Positions 48,797 through 61,399 of a stretch of DNA of 64,000 nucleotides are shown here, piece by piece; position 1 is the first letter of the stretch, and every line of letters begins with the position of its first letter. Source of the stretch: the human T2T-CHM13v2.0 reference genome, Homo sapiens. Made by a program: the position numbers and the translations under genes. The stretch lies in NCBI RefSeq assembly GCF_009914755.1, contig NC_060931.1; one strand, written 5' to 3'. The notes beneath the pieces are model-generated. The model was given only the letters and a program-made list of their open reading frames with translations. It was not told where the DNA came from and ran no database searches.

Positions 48797-49952
48797 CTTT
48801 AAAGAAAAATAATTGGGCATAAAATTTTCAAGACTAAAACGATACAATAACACATTTGGAAGAAAGCACTGAATTAGACTAGAAGACGATGAAGAAGAAT
48901 CCAGTCAGGAGGAAATTCCCCATGGAAGTTCCCGCTAAGGGGCATCAGTGAGGTCAAAAGCAGAAGGCAGGAGGAGGACAAGTTGTGGAGAAGAGGGTGA
49001 CCTTTAACACACCCCTACATTCCCAAACTTGGTCTCTTTGTGTTTGTTCACTTATTTATTTGTCTTAAATTCTTCACTTCGCTATCACATGTAAGAGTAA
49101 GGTACCCTGTGTGTGAACAGGGATGAACTACAACAAACACAACTATAGGACTACTGTGAAGCTGCAACAGTCCCAACTTAGACATCAACAATAATTCACA
49201 TTAAATGGTTCTTCATTTTATTTCTAGATTTAAGAAAAACTAAACTTATTTAACAAAATTGGTCTGGAAATTAGCTTGATGAGATTGATTTTTTAATGAA
49301 AAAGCTTATTTGTGAATGTACATGCCATTGTTATGAAAAAGAAGATGCTAATAAGATTCACCTAATCACTTAGAAAATGAATAGCTTCACCTGCCTTAGA
49401 AACTGCAAGAAAAATTAAATTTTTAAAAAAAAATTTGGACAACACATCTCTAAATTATTTTTTAAAGTCTCAAAAAAATCTAAAAAAACATAAAACACCC
49501 AAGATCATTCTAACAGGCTATACTGGTGAAAACCAGAATAAACTCCTCTTTGAATGGGATTCTATTTCAAATGACTTCTCCAAACTCAAGAAAAATCACC
49601 TATGAGAAAACCTTAATAAACACTCTAAGCTAAACTCCCCAGGGAGTTACAGGATGAAAAGGACTTGGACATTTTAGAGCCCTGTTAACCTGTGGGAAAG
49701 TGCTATAGTATGACTTCGTTTATATGCCTGGTAGAGAAGAGAGCCCCCAAAGTTGTCACTTTCCTGCCCTGTGAAGCTTTAACGGATTTGTTTAGAGCTT
49801 AGCGGTCTTATTTCAGCTTTCTGCTCCCTGACTCGATAAGCCTCAGTTCATCATATCCTTTTGAAACATTCCTTATTACTTTGCTGGTGTCCTCCACTCA
49901 CTGTCTGTTTGCATGGGAGGTTTGTTTTGATGATGCAAGACTGTGCACTGAC

Positions 49953-50052
49953 CTCAAGCCTGCGTCTTCATAATGTGGATGATTCACAATGGGCCGAAGT
50001 GCAGAGAGCTTAACACTTGCCATCGTGGGCATGGCACCCGCAAACACTGCAT
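49953..50052 (-). CDS. DPY19L1: DPY19L1 coding exon, 100 nt, (D)[32 protein letters not shown](R)
   Basis: CCTTCCAG acceptor, GAG|GTCAGT donor; contains the DPY19-family AVFAG..M..VKL...RP..NHPHYE signature. Confidence 0.97.
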
Positions 50053-50829
50053 CTGGAAGGCAAGAGGAATGTCTCAGGAAGACACTCAGTGAAGGCGAGA
50101 AGGTGTCTCCTTCAAGTGTAAATCAATTATTTCACAGGTAACAGAGCGGAAGCCCAGCAGGTTCATGACTTCAAGATTCAATGGCAGAACTAGCATGAAG
50201 TCAGATGGCTGATAAAGTAGCAGTTGGCAGCCAGGCCTGGGTAAACTATTTTCCTTGGAAAACAGAGCTTCATCATCTCATCATTAAAGATTTCTTTCTT
50301 TCTTTAAAGAAAAAATCTTAGAAATCTTTCCTGAATCTAAAAAAGAAGTATCAAATGGACTAGGAAAGCTTTACAGTAACAAGGAGTTCTGGAAGATGAT
50401 TTAGTATTCAATCATTTGATACTCAGATGACAACAAAGTCTCCCTTTCCACACATGAATAAAATGTCACATTCCATGAGTTTATTTCAAGAAGGAATGTG
50501 AAGGACTAATATTAAAAATTCATTAAGAAAATAAGCACAGGAAAAATTATTTTAAATGTGGCATTTATGACTGTGAATAAATTTTGAAAAAATTAAAATC
50601 TATAAAAAATGGCAGAATAAATTACTAAGAACATATGTATAACATTTCCCCTGCAAACCATTTAAACAGGATTGATATCTCCTTTGTTTTAGATATTCTA
50701 AAAGCAACATTGCATAGAAAGAGTGAGATCAGTGGAAGTAACTAGGGTTTAAGAGTTTGCAGTGGTATATAAAATTGTGGGAAAAACAGCTAAATAATAT
50801 GACTTTTTTTTTCTTTTTTTTTTTTTTAC

Positions 50830-51004
50830 CTGGTTTAGTACTATATTTGATCCATTCTATAAGTTCTTCTTGGGGCAAATTGCTGAACTCCCCTACAATA
50901 TTCCACTGGGTTTGCAGATTTGCTGAACCTTGTATTGACATTGCTGCTAATATAGCAAACACAATAGCACCAGGATGTACTTTGCAAAAGAGCCATCCAA
51001 ATAG
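50830..51004 (-). CDS. DPY19L1: DPY19L1 coding exon, 175 nt, LFGWLFCKVHPGAIVFAILAAMSIQGSANLQTQWNIVGEFSNLPQEELIEWIKYSTKP
   Basis: TTTCAG acceptor, CAG|GTAAAA donor; lies inside ORF-track entry 50729..51067. Confidence 0.97.
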
Positions 51005-51254
51005 CTGAAACCAAATTAAGAATACATTGGTAATTGTTAGTATAAGTAGTATGCATCTGTTATGCAAAACTTCTTCCCAGAGAAGAATAAGGCCTCTGCT
51101 AGAGTCCCAAATAAAGGATTAATTATCCTAAAGAAAAAGCCCCAAAATAATAATCTTTGGGATCAAAAGGATTCTACCATCAGCCTCATATAAGTGGAAC
51201 ACAATGTAGGAAGCTCTTTTCTCAACCTGCTTTCACTACTCCCAGATTCAAGTA

Positions 51255-51423
51255 AAGCCACAACCAATTTACAAGGCCCAGTACAAAACAAAAATGTGGG
51301 GTCTCTTGTTAAAAAATTAAGACGTTCAAAACAGCAGCAGCAAACATTCAATCAAGTTCAGGGTCCTGAATGTGAGGTCCTGTGTGACCAGCAGGAACCC
51401 CACACTTGGAAAACCTGCCCTGG
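51255..51423. mobile_element. MER91-like hAT element
   Basis: GGCCCAGTACAAAACAAAAATGTGGGGTCTCTTGTT...CCTGCCCTG. Confidence 0.55.
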
Positions 51424-51436
51424 GTGACACTTTCTA

Positions 51437-51511
51437 TTAGGTTGGTGCAAAAGTAATTGCGGGTTTTGCTATTTTTAACGACAAAATCCACAATTACTTT
51501 TGCACCAACCT
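51437..51511 (-). ncRNA. MIR548N: pre-miR-548n hairpin (MADE1/Hsmar1-derived), intronic and co-oriented with DPY19L1; mature CAAAAGUAAUUGUGGAUUUUGU at 51502-51481
   Basis: Near-perfect palindrome with MADE1 TIRs (TTAGGTTGGTGCAAAAGTAATTG) and flanking TA; the reverse complement matches my recollection of hsa-mir-548n. Confidence 0.85.
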
Positions 51512-52441
51512 ATATCATCAGTCATGCTGTGGGATAAGACTCAAGATTAAAGGCTTCCAACCAGCCTCCTTTCCTGTGCCAGCCTGAAGGGGTCAGAAAG
51601 GTAGAAAGTAGTGCCTTTCTAACATAATACAACATACTGATTGGGAACCTCAAGGCTGGCTAATTTTTTCCACATCCAAATAGTCCACACTCCATAACAA
51701 CACTTTGTTCTCTTGATCTTTCTCCACATGTCTACAGAGCTAGATTTCAAGTTTCTTGAGGGCTTATAAACACTGGCTTTTGACTTTTCTGTCTACTACT
51801 CTCTCCTCCATCCCTAGAGTGCGCAGTGTAGGTGCTTAGTGACTATCTGCTACGTCTAAGGGAGGTGCTGCTGTTGTACCTAGGCTGGTTGACTGATGGA
51901 AAGGTGACACTATGGAGAAGCATAAATCTGTGAATACAGAACAAGGAGGCAGCTATCCAGGAAAAATAAGCAGCAAACCACCAAGGAAGGCTTAAACTAA
52001 ATTTTAAAAAGCACAAGTCAAGAATGTGCACACAAATTGCACCAACTGAAAAAAAAATAAGTTTGATACTAAAAAAAGAACATATAATTTTCAAGCACTT
52101 ATAACCTGAAATTATTAGATTTCTTTGTGATATGAATGTCAAAACAAAAAAAGTTATTATTTGTACAATTAAGCTCTGCTTTCTATCAGCACCTGCAGTA
52201 ATCACTCATGAACTCAGTCTGTACTAAATCGGTATTAGTTGTACACCAACAACTATTTTAAATCTTTAGAAAGATAGAAAATGATCAGCTTTGGCCCTTA
52301 CCCTTTAAGAAAGATAAGTACAAAACCATGAAGAGCTTTAACTATAATCACTTAAAAGACTTTGTAATTCATTATTTTAGGGCCACTCAATAATAAAGGC
52401 TAAAATTATCATAGTAGCTATACTCCAACATAACATGTTAC

Positions 52442-52561
52442 CTGTCTTGAGCAGATCAGTGATGCCATAACACACATGTGTGGTGTCAAGAAGAGTTTTA
52501 GTCTCATAATTAAAATACCAAGGGCTGTATATGCTAACAATTGCAATGCATGGTAAACCAG
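52442..52561 (-). CDS. DPY19L1: DPY19L1 coding exon, 120 nt, LVYHALQLLAYTALGILIMRLKLFLTPHMCVMASLICSRQ
   Basis: TTCTTTCTTTCAG acceptor, CAG|GTAACA donor; contains the conserved DPY19 IMRLKLF motif. Confidence 0.96.
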
Positions 52562-53291
52562 CTGAAAGAAAGAAGAAAATGTTTTTTACTCCTACTGTTT
52601 GTGAAGTTTAAGAATACTAAACTGGCAATATGCAGAAAGGGGTACGTTCTCCTTAGTAACAAAAAATACTACTAAGGTTTCTGAAACTTCGAAAACAATT
52701 CTTAAAATTCACTTTCAAACTGTTCCATTTTAGTGGAAGGCTAAAATTATAAAGTCATTAAGGCAAGTGTTTCTGTGATTCTCAGAGTCAAACCTGTGGT
52801 TAATAAAGCCCACATTTTTTAATCAACCTTGATGCTACCATCAGACCAAGAAAAGACAGTGGTAAAAGAAATGACTGCTGCCTCAAGATCTGAGGGCTCC
52901 ACCTTGGAACTGCCCTCAAAACCAGACTGGACAACTAGGAGATGGGAGCAGTAACCAATCACATCTCTGAGGCCTCAAGCAAGGTGAGCAGAGAGGAAAG
53001 TGATTTCCAATCATGCAATAGACACCTCATACATATGTCTAAATGGGCTCCAGAAATCAACTGCCATTAGTGTAAAGATGATCAGAGCAGAACATATGAG
53101 TTTCCTAGTTAATTTTAACAAATGAATAGTCAGTGAATCTGCATATAGCATTCTCATAAAAACACATAACAGGCTATTTTCAAGATGATTGCTGACAATT
53201 GCCAACAAAGTTAGAAACTGGAACTAGAAAGGAAAGTCCAAATGCATGCAACTTTAAGATAAGTAAAATTATAGTCATATTAAGTCTTTAC

Positions 53292-53316
53292 CTCTCCATG
53301 ATCAAACTGGTGTTTT
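53292..53316 (-). CDS. DPY19L1: DPY19L1 25-nt coding microexon, (R)KHQFDHGE
   Basis: TTTTTCTGTTCCAG acceptor, GAG|GTAAAG donor; phase 2/0 restores the frame between the flanking exons. Confidence 0.93.
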
Positions 53317-53989
53317 CTGGAACAGAAAAAAATATATTGCCATCAATTCATTATTGAAGCACTTACGTCATATATTTGCATTTTCATCTTGCAAACAGGA
53401 GTTTTACAACTTCTATAACATTCTCTCAGGACACACACAGGCAAATCAAAATAACTAAAAGTCACATGCCAAAACTGGTGCTATACTATTTTAAGAAAAT
53501 TTATGAAGAATGACAATGTTGTATTATATCCTATTTGACTACATGGGTATTTATTAGGACAACAAAGGCACACGGTGGTGTCCCAGCTCCCTCACTGGTG
53601 ATACCCCAGCAAAGCATGGAATGAAAAAAACCTTTGAGATTTTCACTAGGCAACCAAGTAGAGATAACAAATACGTGGTTATATGTGTAAATCTGAGTTC
53701 AAGGGAGAAGTCTGGGTCAGAGACAGAAATGTGTGAGTTGACAACACACACCTTCTCTTTCTTAAGCACTGATATGTTCCCAAGACCTAGAGTAATACCT
53801 GACACTTAGAGCTCAACATTTTTAATGAATGAACAAGTGTATCAATAAACTGTTAATCCAGGTAGCATATAATCTAATTTGAGAATCTAGCCTCAAAAAG
53901 ACTGATATATTAGCAAACTCAGGACACATAAGGGGCTAGTGAAGGAGATGAAACAGTTCTTTATTCTTCTTTCACACCAAGTAAAAACT

Positions 53990-54180
53990 ATCAGTTACCA
54001 TTTGTTGAGTACTTACAATGTTAATATGCTTAGTACATTCCATTAACTCTAATCCTACAACCATTTATTACCCCAATTTACAGCCAAGGAAAGGAATCAC
54101 AGAGCTAGTAAGTGGCAGCCAGGACTATATTCTGACTGACTTCAGAGCCAATATACTTTTTACTACATCATGCTGTCTCT
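53990..54180 (-). mobile_element. MIR
   Basis: ACCATTTGTTGAGTACTTAC...TAATCCTACAACC...TCACAGAGCTAGTAAGTGGCAG. Confidence 0.7.
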
Positions 54181-54759
54181 ATCCCACTTTACTTCCTGGG
54201 TCTTTGAGTAAAGAGAATATTGGCATTCATGTCTTTGATAGTTAAAATTTATGTCCTACTCTTCTCCTTTTTACACTGGCTTTGGTAGCTATGCAAAATA
54301 AAATGTCAACATGCCACTCCTCTTCCAAAAAAGAGCTCTGATCCTATTTGAACTGACAACTCCATGAAGCTCAATGGTTTCCTATAATTACTTCTATAGG
54401 TGAGTTATTACTCTTGAAGGGACAGCTTTGTTTCTGTGAGAAGTTCCACCTTCCTCTTCCAGAGTTGCATACTACAGCTGAAACTTTGTAGCTTCTTCCT
54501 GAGCTCTTCAAAAATAATTTCACCTCAAATGAAAAATTTCGGCATTGTAAACCAGAACGTTTTTCTTTCCCCCTTAGCCCTCAACTCAAATGTTACAGGT
54601 ATAAACATATACCTGTATATGTTACAGTAAATTGTTTCTAAATGAGAACAAGGATTCTCTCAGGAGTATGTGCAATAATTTATCATTATGTTGGCAGAGA
54701 CTTGGAGGTGAGGGAATAATACAAGGGTGTGTATATTCAAATTATAAAATAAAATATAG

Positions 54760-55078
54760 GGCCAGGCGCAGTGGCTCATGCCTATAATCCCAGCACTTTG
54801 GGAGGCTAAGGCAGGCAGATCACGAGTTCATGAGTTCAAGACCAGCCTGGCCAATATGGTGAAACCCCGTCTCTACTAAAAATACAAAAATTAGCTGGGC
54901 GTGGTGGTGGTCGCCTGTAGTCTTAGCTATTCAGGAGGCTGAGGCAGACGAATCGCCTGAACCCGGGAGGCGGAGGTTGCAGTGAGCCGAGATCGTGCCA
55001 CTGCACTCCTCCAGCCTGGGTGACAGAGTGAGGCTCTGTCTCAAAAAAAAAAAAAAAAAAAGAAAAATTAAAAAAAAG
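54760..55078 (+). mobile_element. Alu (AluSg-like)
   Basis: Full dimer with long A tail; TSD AAAATATAG at 54751-54759 and 55079-55087. Confidence 0.93.
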
Positions 55079-56343
55079 AAAATATAGATACATACACATT
55101 CGACAATCCTTCTCCCCCCAAAATCCCACAAAAGAATAAAAGTAGAGTTAAAACTACCTTCACTCCATCCTCTAATCCCACTCTTAATAATTACAGGATT
55201 TATCTTTCCGGATCATTTCTATGCACAAACACATAAAAATCTCTAAATTTTAAAGAGAAGTATAATTATCCTATACACACACACACTGGCAATTTTAAAA
55301 ATTCAATAATGTATACTGGACCTATTTCCAGAAAGATAGCCTAACATTCCACTCTATGTATCATAGTAGATATTTTGGATGTTTCCATTTCTCACATAAC
55401 ACACAATACTACAAAAGGCATCTCTCCCCATCATCTCTGTATTTCTGTGAGCATCTCTAGAGGGTACACTTGCACTGGTGGAACCTGCAGGGCTAAAGGA
55501 CAGGCCCACTATATGTTTTACTGTGTATTGCCAAACTTCCCTCCCATCTACTACCTCCCACTCTTGCAAGCATTGGATATACTATTAATTTTTAGAAATA
55601 TAAGAAGTGAAAAGGTCTTCACTTTAACCTGAATGGCTTTACCATAGGATCAAGACTACCTTTTCATGTTCATTAGTCATATGTAAATACTCATTCAACT
55701 ACTATCCTTTACTATCTTGCAGGCACTGTATATAAACTGTTGAACAAAAATGATCGCTCCCTTCAGGAGATACGGGTCACACATCAACATTTAAGTACAA
55801 AGGGTGACAAATGGTAAGAGAGTAAGACAAAGGGTGTGATGGTGGAAAATACCAAGCATGCTATAGGCCTCTCTAACTCTCAGGTTATAAACAAACCCTC
55901 TTGGTTAATTTTGGGTTTTTTTTTTCCTATACATAATTCTCTGGTTCATCTGAAATTTATTTTCTGTAAAAAGTGAGGTATGAATCCAGTTTTATATTTC
56001 CCTGCTCATTTCCAAAAAGGCAGTCCACTGGTCCTAAAACCACTCACGTAATAATTTACTTTCCCTGCTGAAATGAAGTACAAAACTGTGTCCTTTGAGT
56101 GTAGATTATGTGCAGGGCTACTGTCAGACTGTACTGGATAACATCTGAAGGATGAATAAGTGATGTGCTGTGTTCTGCACAGATAGGAAATAAGAAGAAA
56201 TGCCAGGAAGGGAAATGACCACAATAAAAACATCAATTATCAAATATTAGGTACACAACATGTAAGTATACAATTAATACACTGTAAATATCTATTTAAT
56301 AAATGAACAGAGGAGGTAATAAAATTCTTAATAGCATATTTAC

Positions 56344-56393
56344 CTTACATGTGTCTGTTGTTTAGCTAAGACACCCCACATATCACTAATAAT
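56344..56393 (-). CDS. DPY19L1: DPY19L1 coding exon, 50 nt, IISDMWGVLAKQQTHV(R)
   Basis: TTTACAG acceptor, AAG|GTA donor, phase 0/2. Confidence 0.95.
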
Positions 56394-56519
56394 CTGTAAA
56401 TAGATTTTGAAACACTTTAGAAAAGCTGTGTTGGGAAAAATGATATTTTAAATAAAGTATCTTCTAAACTGTAAAATAACTTTTAATGAAAATATAAGTA
56501 TAGAGATAACTCAGAAAAT

Positions 56520-56720
56520 AATAATCACAACAACATAATCTTATATTTGTATAGTATCTGATCAAAGCTAATATTCAACAACCCTGTTGGGTAGATTATA
56601 TCATCCTCGTTTTGTAAATGAGCAACAGGTTCATATGGATTAAATGATTGCCCTGTAGGTAGACAACTACTAAGAAGCACTGCAGTCTTGAAACCAGATC
56701 TTCTGGCTTCAAATTCACAT
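56520..56720 (-). mobile_element. MIR
   Basis: AACAACCCTGT..GGTAGATTATATCATCCTCGTTTTGTAAATGAG. Confidence 0.6.
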
Positions 56721-58306
56721 TCAGCGCTGCTTCCACCATGCCAACGTTGTTGGCAACACCTCTTCTTAACAGTGCACTCAGAAAACTGGAGAGCTGGCTC
56801 AGAGGTTGATAATCACAGCTGGAAGCATTCAAAACACAGTCACTGTGCTTTCATATTCAGCAATAATGAGGAGGTCATCTAATCTAAAATCGTATCTCCA
56901 GTACAAATATTCTCTACAACACTGATGACAGGCTGTAATCCAGCCCTTAGAATCCACCAGCTGCTGCTTGAATCTATAACACTTTCCTTATCAGTCGAGA
57001 TCAGTTCTGGTCAAAAGTCATACCTCCTGGAATTGGCCATGATTCTAAGGAGCCAGATTGTGTGTAACCTTATTTTCAAGGCACAGGCTTTTACCATATT
57101 TCAAAGTAATTATCCGCTTTCCATCTACATCTTTTCTTCTTTAAACGAAACAGCCTAGCTAATAGTTTTCATCATCTCTCACCACTCAGGTTGCTGTCTT
57201 TTGCATATGTTCTGGATGGCCAATGCTTAGTATTTTTTGAGTACCCACTAGGTGCAAACCCACATAAACTATACAAAAGTGCAAAGCACACACAAAGCCT
57301 AGCACACAGCAGGAACTGACTCTTAACTGATTAGAGATTAAAAGTGCTGTCGGAGTACACAGCTGAATACCAGACATAGCCCAACGATAGGGGAAGGTGC
57401 AGAGCCCGAGTCTCACTCTTCCCTTGCTTTTAAGTGGACATGATGCGAGGCTCCTAACAACATCTTTGATCTTTCAGTTCTGTATGTTAAAATGGAGATA
57501 ACATTTGTCTACCCCATAGGGCTGTTGAATAACCAATTTAAATACTCATGTGAAAATGTTCTATACAAAGCAGAGTACAAATATATAATATGAACAATTG
57601 TTATAATACAGAATATTCTACAAATAAATGACATTGTGTTAACACAGAAATCACTGGCCACGTATCAGGAAACTTTTAAGGTCTGTCGTCTCTTTTTCCA
57701 TCACAGATTAACTTCTGTTCATTCTCTTAAGACACATTTGGTTACAGAGTGCACAATTCTTAAAGAAAAAAAGAGAGGGAATATCACACTTGCTTTGATC
57801 TTATTTATATCTGGGCTTTGAATTTTATCGTCAAAGCCAACTTGGGGACCTAAACATTTTATCTAGTTCATCAACACATTGCAAATACTCTGTTTTTTCT
57901 TTCTGATTAATAATAAACACAATCCAGGAGTTATTGCACACTGCACAAATCACTTAGGTATATTTTAAATATTTTAGGGAAATATTACATTAAAGGTAAA
58001 AGCCAGTAATAATTTACACAGGCAAGTTGTATCTGGGTCAATATGGTCTCTGATCATGCCTTCCAAAATACATGACTATCGGAACTTGAGCCATCCTTTT
58101 CTGATGTCTGTTTTATGCTAGCAGATAGAATATTTTGAAGCTATATAAATGTCTATCAAAAGCTATCATTAAGAAAACATAGAATATGTTACAGTAAGCC
58201 CATACAAAACGTTGTATCAGATAAATGTGGCCAAGTATATGCGACTACTATGTAAAAACAAGAAAATATTCTATTATAAGAAAGAGCTCTTAAGTGATAG
58301 ACATAC

Positions 58307-58378
58307 CTTTCTAACAATAGCAACAAACACTACAAGAACAACTGGAAGCAATAATGTCTTTGTGTATCTCAGTGGAGT
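58307..58378 (-). CDS. DPY19L1: DPY19L1 coding exon, 72 nt, TPLRYTKTLLLPVVLVVFVAIVRK (hydrophobic TM segment)
   Basis: TTTCAG acceptor, AAG|GTATGT donor, in frame with neighbouring exons. Confidence 0.95.
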
Positions 58379-60473
58379 CTGAAATTCAAAGAGATGTTTT
58401 GTTAGAAGGAAACATTTTAACCAAACAAAATTTCATTTCAAATAATGAAATAGGTAAATTTCTGAAAGTAGAGAAATATGAACATTCACCAATCTACTCA
58501 CTGACTGCCATCATAAAAAGGAAGGTGCATTTCCATAGAAATGAACTTCCCCAAAATGCTGAGTTGAAACACTAAAAATACAGTACCCAAACACCTGTAA
58601 GTGTGAAATGTCACTGAAGAGATTACTGCTCACTTTTTGCATGCTACTTATCTAACTAGAGAGACCAACTTAATATTCATCTAAGGTATGTAAAGCTCCT
58701 TAAATGGAATAAGCTTTTCCTGTATATTTTGTGGGGGATAAAAATATTATCCTTGAAACACACACACACACACTTTCTCACGCATAAACAAAATAATGAT
58801 CTATGTTTGAGGGGAACAAAAGGCTTTTACATTTTCTTTAGTAGCAGAAAAAAAATAGAAATAAGTTTAATAACAAAGCCCTACACATTGTGAGCCTGTG
58901 CACCTCTCAATTATCTCTCCACCCAAAAAACCACTGTTAAAATTTTGCTTTTATACTTTTTTTACTTTTATGTGTGTTAATTATGGGTTAATAAGACTAT
59001 ATCATTTTGTTTACTCCCTTATATATCTTAAGCATCTTTCCATGTCAGTATGATATCATATTAGGAAATACCATGTTAAATTTTCCCCTCTTCTCCACTG
59101 TATAGGTGTACCATAATTGGAACATATGTTCCCTGAACTGACAGTACTCTGTCTCTACAGCACAGTCCCTATGAATTAAGATACTTACAGTGATGAGGAA
59201 TGGTATGCTGGAAACAGTTTTGCTATTTTCTTCAAATTAGCTGAAGTCATGCTATGTCTCAATAAATTATTTCTTTCATCACATAGCTTATGTTTAATAC
59301 TCTCAGACTGTAGCAGTATGTATGATGTTCTCAATAACATTAAACAACTTCACCACATCCTAATTCTCTAATATTTGAAGGAGTCTTGAACCCCTATGAA
59401 CATGCATTTCAATGTCTTGCAAGATATGCTTCCTTTGTTTGTTTCAGCAGGTTTAACACTAAAACTCATATACCTTTGTCAGCCACTGTGTGTCAAAACC
59501 ATTTGCCGGAACACAATAAATGAAGACTGACAGGCCACTGGAGTAAACAGTACCTCTGCAGAACACACTCAACTCCAAATGGCCGGTAGATAAAAGTTTC
59601 CTGTGTGGTGCCCTCTCATCCACTGGTCTGGAACTCTGGACACTGGGCTAACACAGTGGGATCATGAGGGAAACTAACATGTCAATAGAGTATTGTTGGC
59701 CAGTTTCATATACATACACATACCACTCTGAAGGAGTGACACAGATAATATAATTAATCAGTACCACATGGATGGTGTTAAAAATGCACATATATACATG
59801 CTTGTCGAACTAAACCAGCTCATAAAGTATTGCAAATTAATATTTTATTTATTTAAATATTTACTTATTTAAAATATCAAAGTACTTTCCTTTGTATTAT
59901 CTCATTTTGTCTTCACAATATCTGTTTATGGCATGCTACTAGAAACTAGTAAACTATAACACGACGAATGAGAGTTGCTTGTTCAAGAACATCAAGCAAA
60001 ATTACAGGCTTCTGTCTCACAATCCACTAAACTACTCTCTGCTTTCCTTCTAAATCTCTGAATACAGTTTTAGAAAGAAAAATGCTGTTGGAATGAAAAG
60101 CTTGGACTTGATGTTTCAAAGCAAATATCTATTTAAATAACCACAAAATGAGTGGAAATGTAAGAGTTTGAGAGCTTGACTAAATTAATGCTATCACTGA
60201 AAAATGGCAACTTGAAATGCCTCTGTGTTTACTCACCTAGAAAACCACTGCTAGTCTGAATGTGTATTTCTAAATTATCAAAATGAGTAAAGGCCATATA
60301 TTTCAGGGAGCTGCACTAAAGTAAACAGAAAAATCTTCCTCTAAGCTGCCAGATTTTCCTTTTCCTTCAAACTGAGATAACAGCACATAAAGAGTCTGAT
60401 ATAAGAGGAGCACTCCTTATGAAAAATGTATGGGCCAAAACCTTAGGAAACAGAACTAGAAATCACATCTTAC

Positions 60474-60575
60474 CTCTTTTTCCATAAAGTCAAACTCCGC
60501 TGCACAGGTATACAATAAAGTATCAAAATCCTTATAACTAAAGAATTTTGATGTTAGTAAGTTGCCAATATGAGC
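60474..60575 (-). CDS. DPY19L1: DPY19L1 coding exon (9th from last), 102 nt, AHIGNLLTSKFFSYKDFDTLLYTCAAEFDFMEKE
   Basis: CCAG acceptor (AG at 60577-60576) and GTAAGA donor (GT at 60473-60472); phase 0/0; peptide recognised as DPY19L1. Confidence 0.95.
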
Positions 60576-61399
60576 CTGGTAAGAAATAAAGTTACCATTA
60601 TATTAAGCCATACACTGCAATAATATATTTTAATTTCAATAGTATCTGAAAATAGTTTTCATTACATTATAGAGCCCACTGTTCCCACACCAAGCCTGCT
60701 TTTGTTAAAGAAGGAAATGCTATATCCTCCACCTTCACAGTTCCCTTCTTTTGCTGAATAGTGATAGCTCCAATGACACCCTACCTTCCACACTCATCGA
60801 CATCCCAAAGGCTTTTTCCCTTGGGTTTTCCCAGCTTACTGTGCTAAACCTGGTGAAACAGGCCGCACAGCATCTCCCTTGCTGGAGCCTACCAGCAGCT
60901 CTGGGCTTGGGAACACACACAGACTTCTTTTAATCATAAAAGCACAAAGGACTATGGGGTAAAGAAAAAGAAATACGAATTCTGAAAAGGAGATTGAAAA
61001 GAGTACTTGAGTGAAGTAGAAATGGGCAGGTACTGGAATAAAAGGTACTTCTTGACTGATAATCACCTCTCATATAATTATTCACATGTTATCAAGGATT
61101 CTCACTCACACTGCCACATTTACCTCCCACAAAAAGCCATGTGAGGAAGGTGGATTTTCACTTTATAAATAAGAAAACTAGGGCACAAAGACATAAAACA
61201 TTTGCCAAATGTTCAAGTTCATTATAGTCTAAAAAAGCAACAACCAAAGAAAAGAGGAGAAATTATATCTAGGACAAACCATGACTAAAATTCTATATGA
61301 TATCTACATGAAGCAGAAGGAACAGGGTAAGAGTAGGAACTAGATGGTGGCAGGTATGTGATGAAGCATTTCAAAATACTATGTCTTGTTGGGAGAAGA

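Noticed and set aside
59474-59556. Possible cryptic exon (CTGCAG ... AAG|GTATAT)
   Set aside because: Poor polypyrimidine tract and weak donor; indistinguishable from background.
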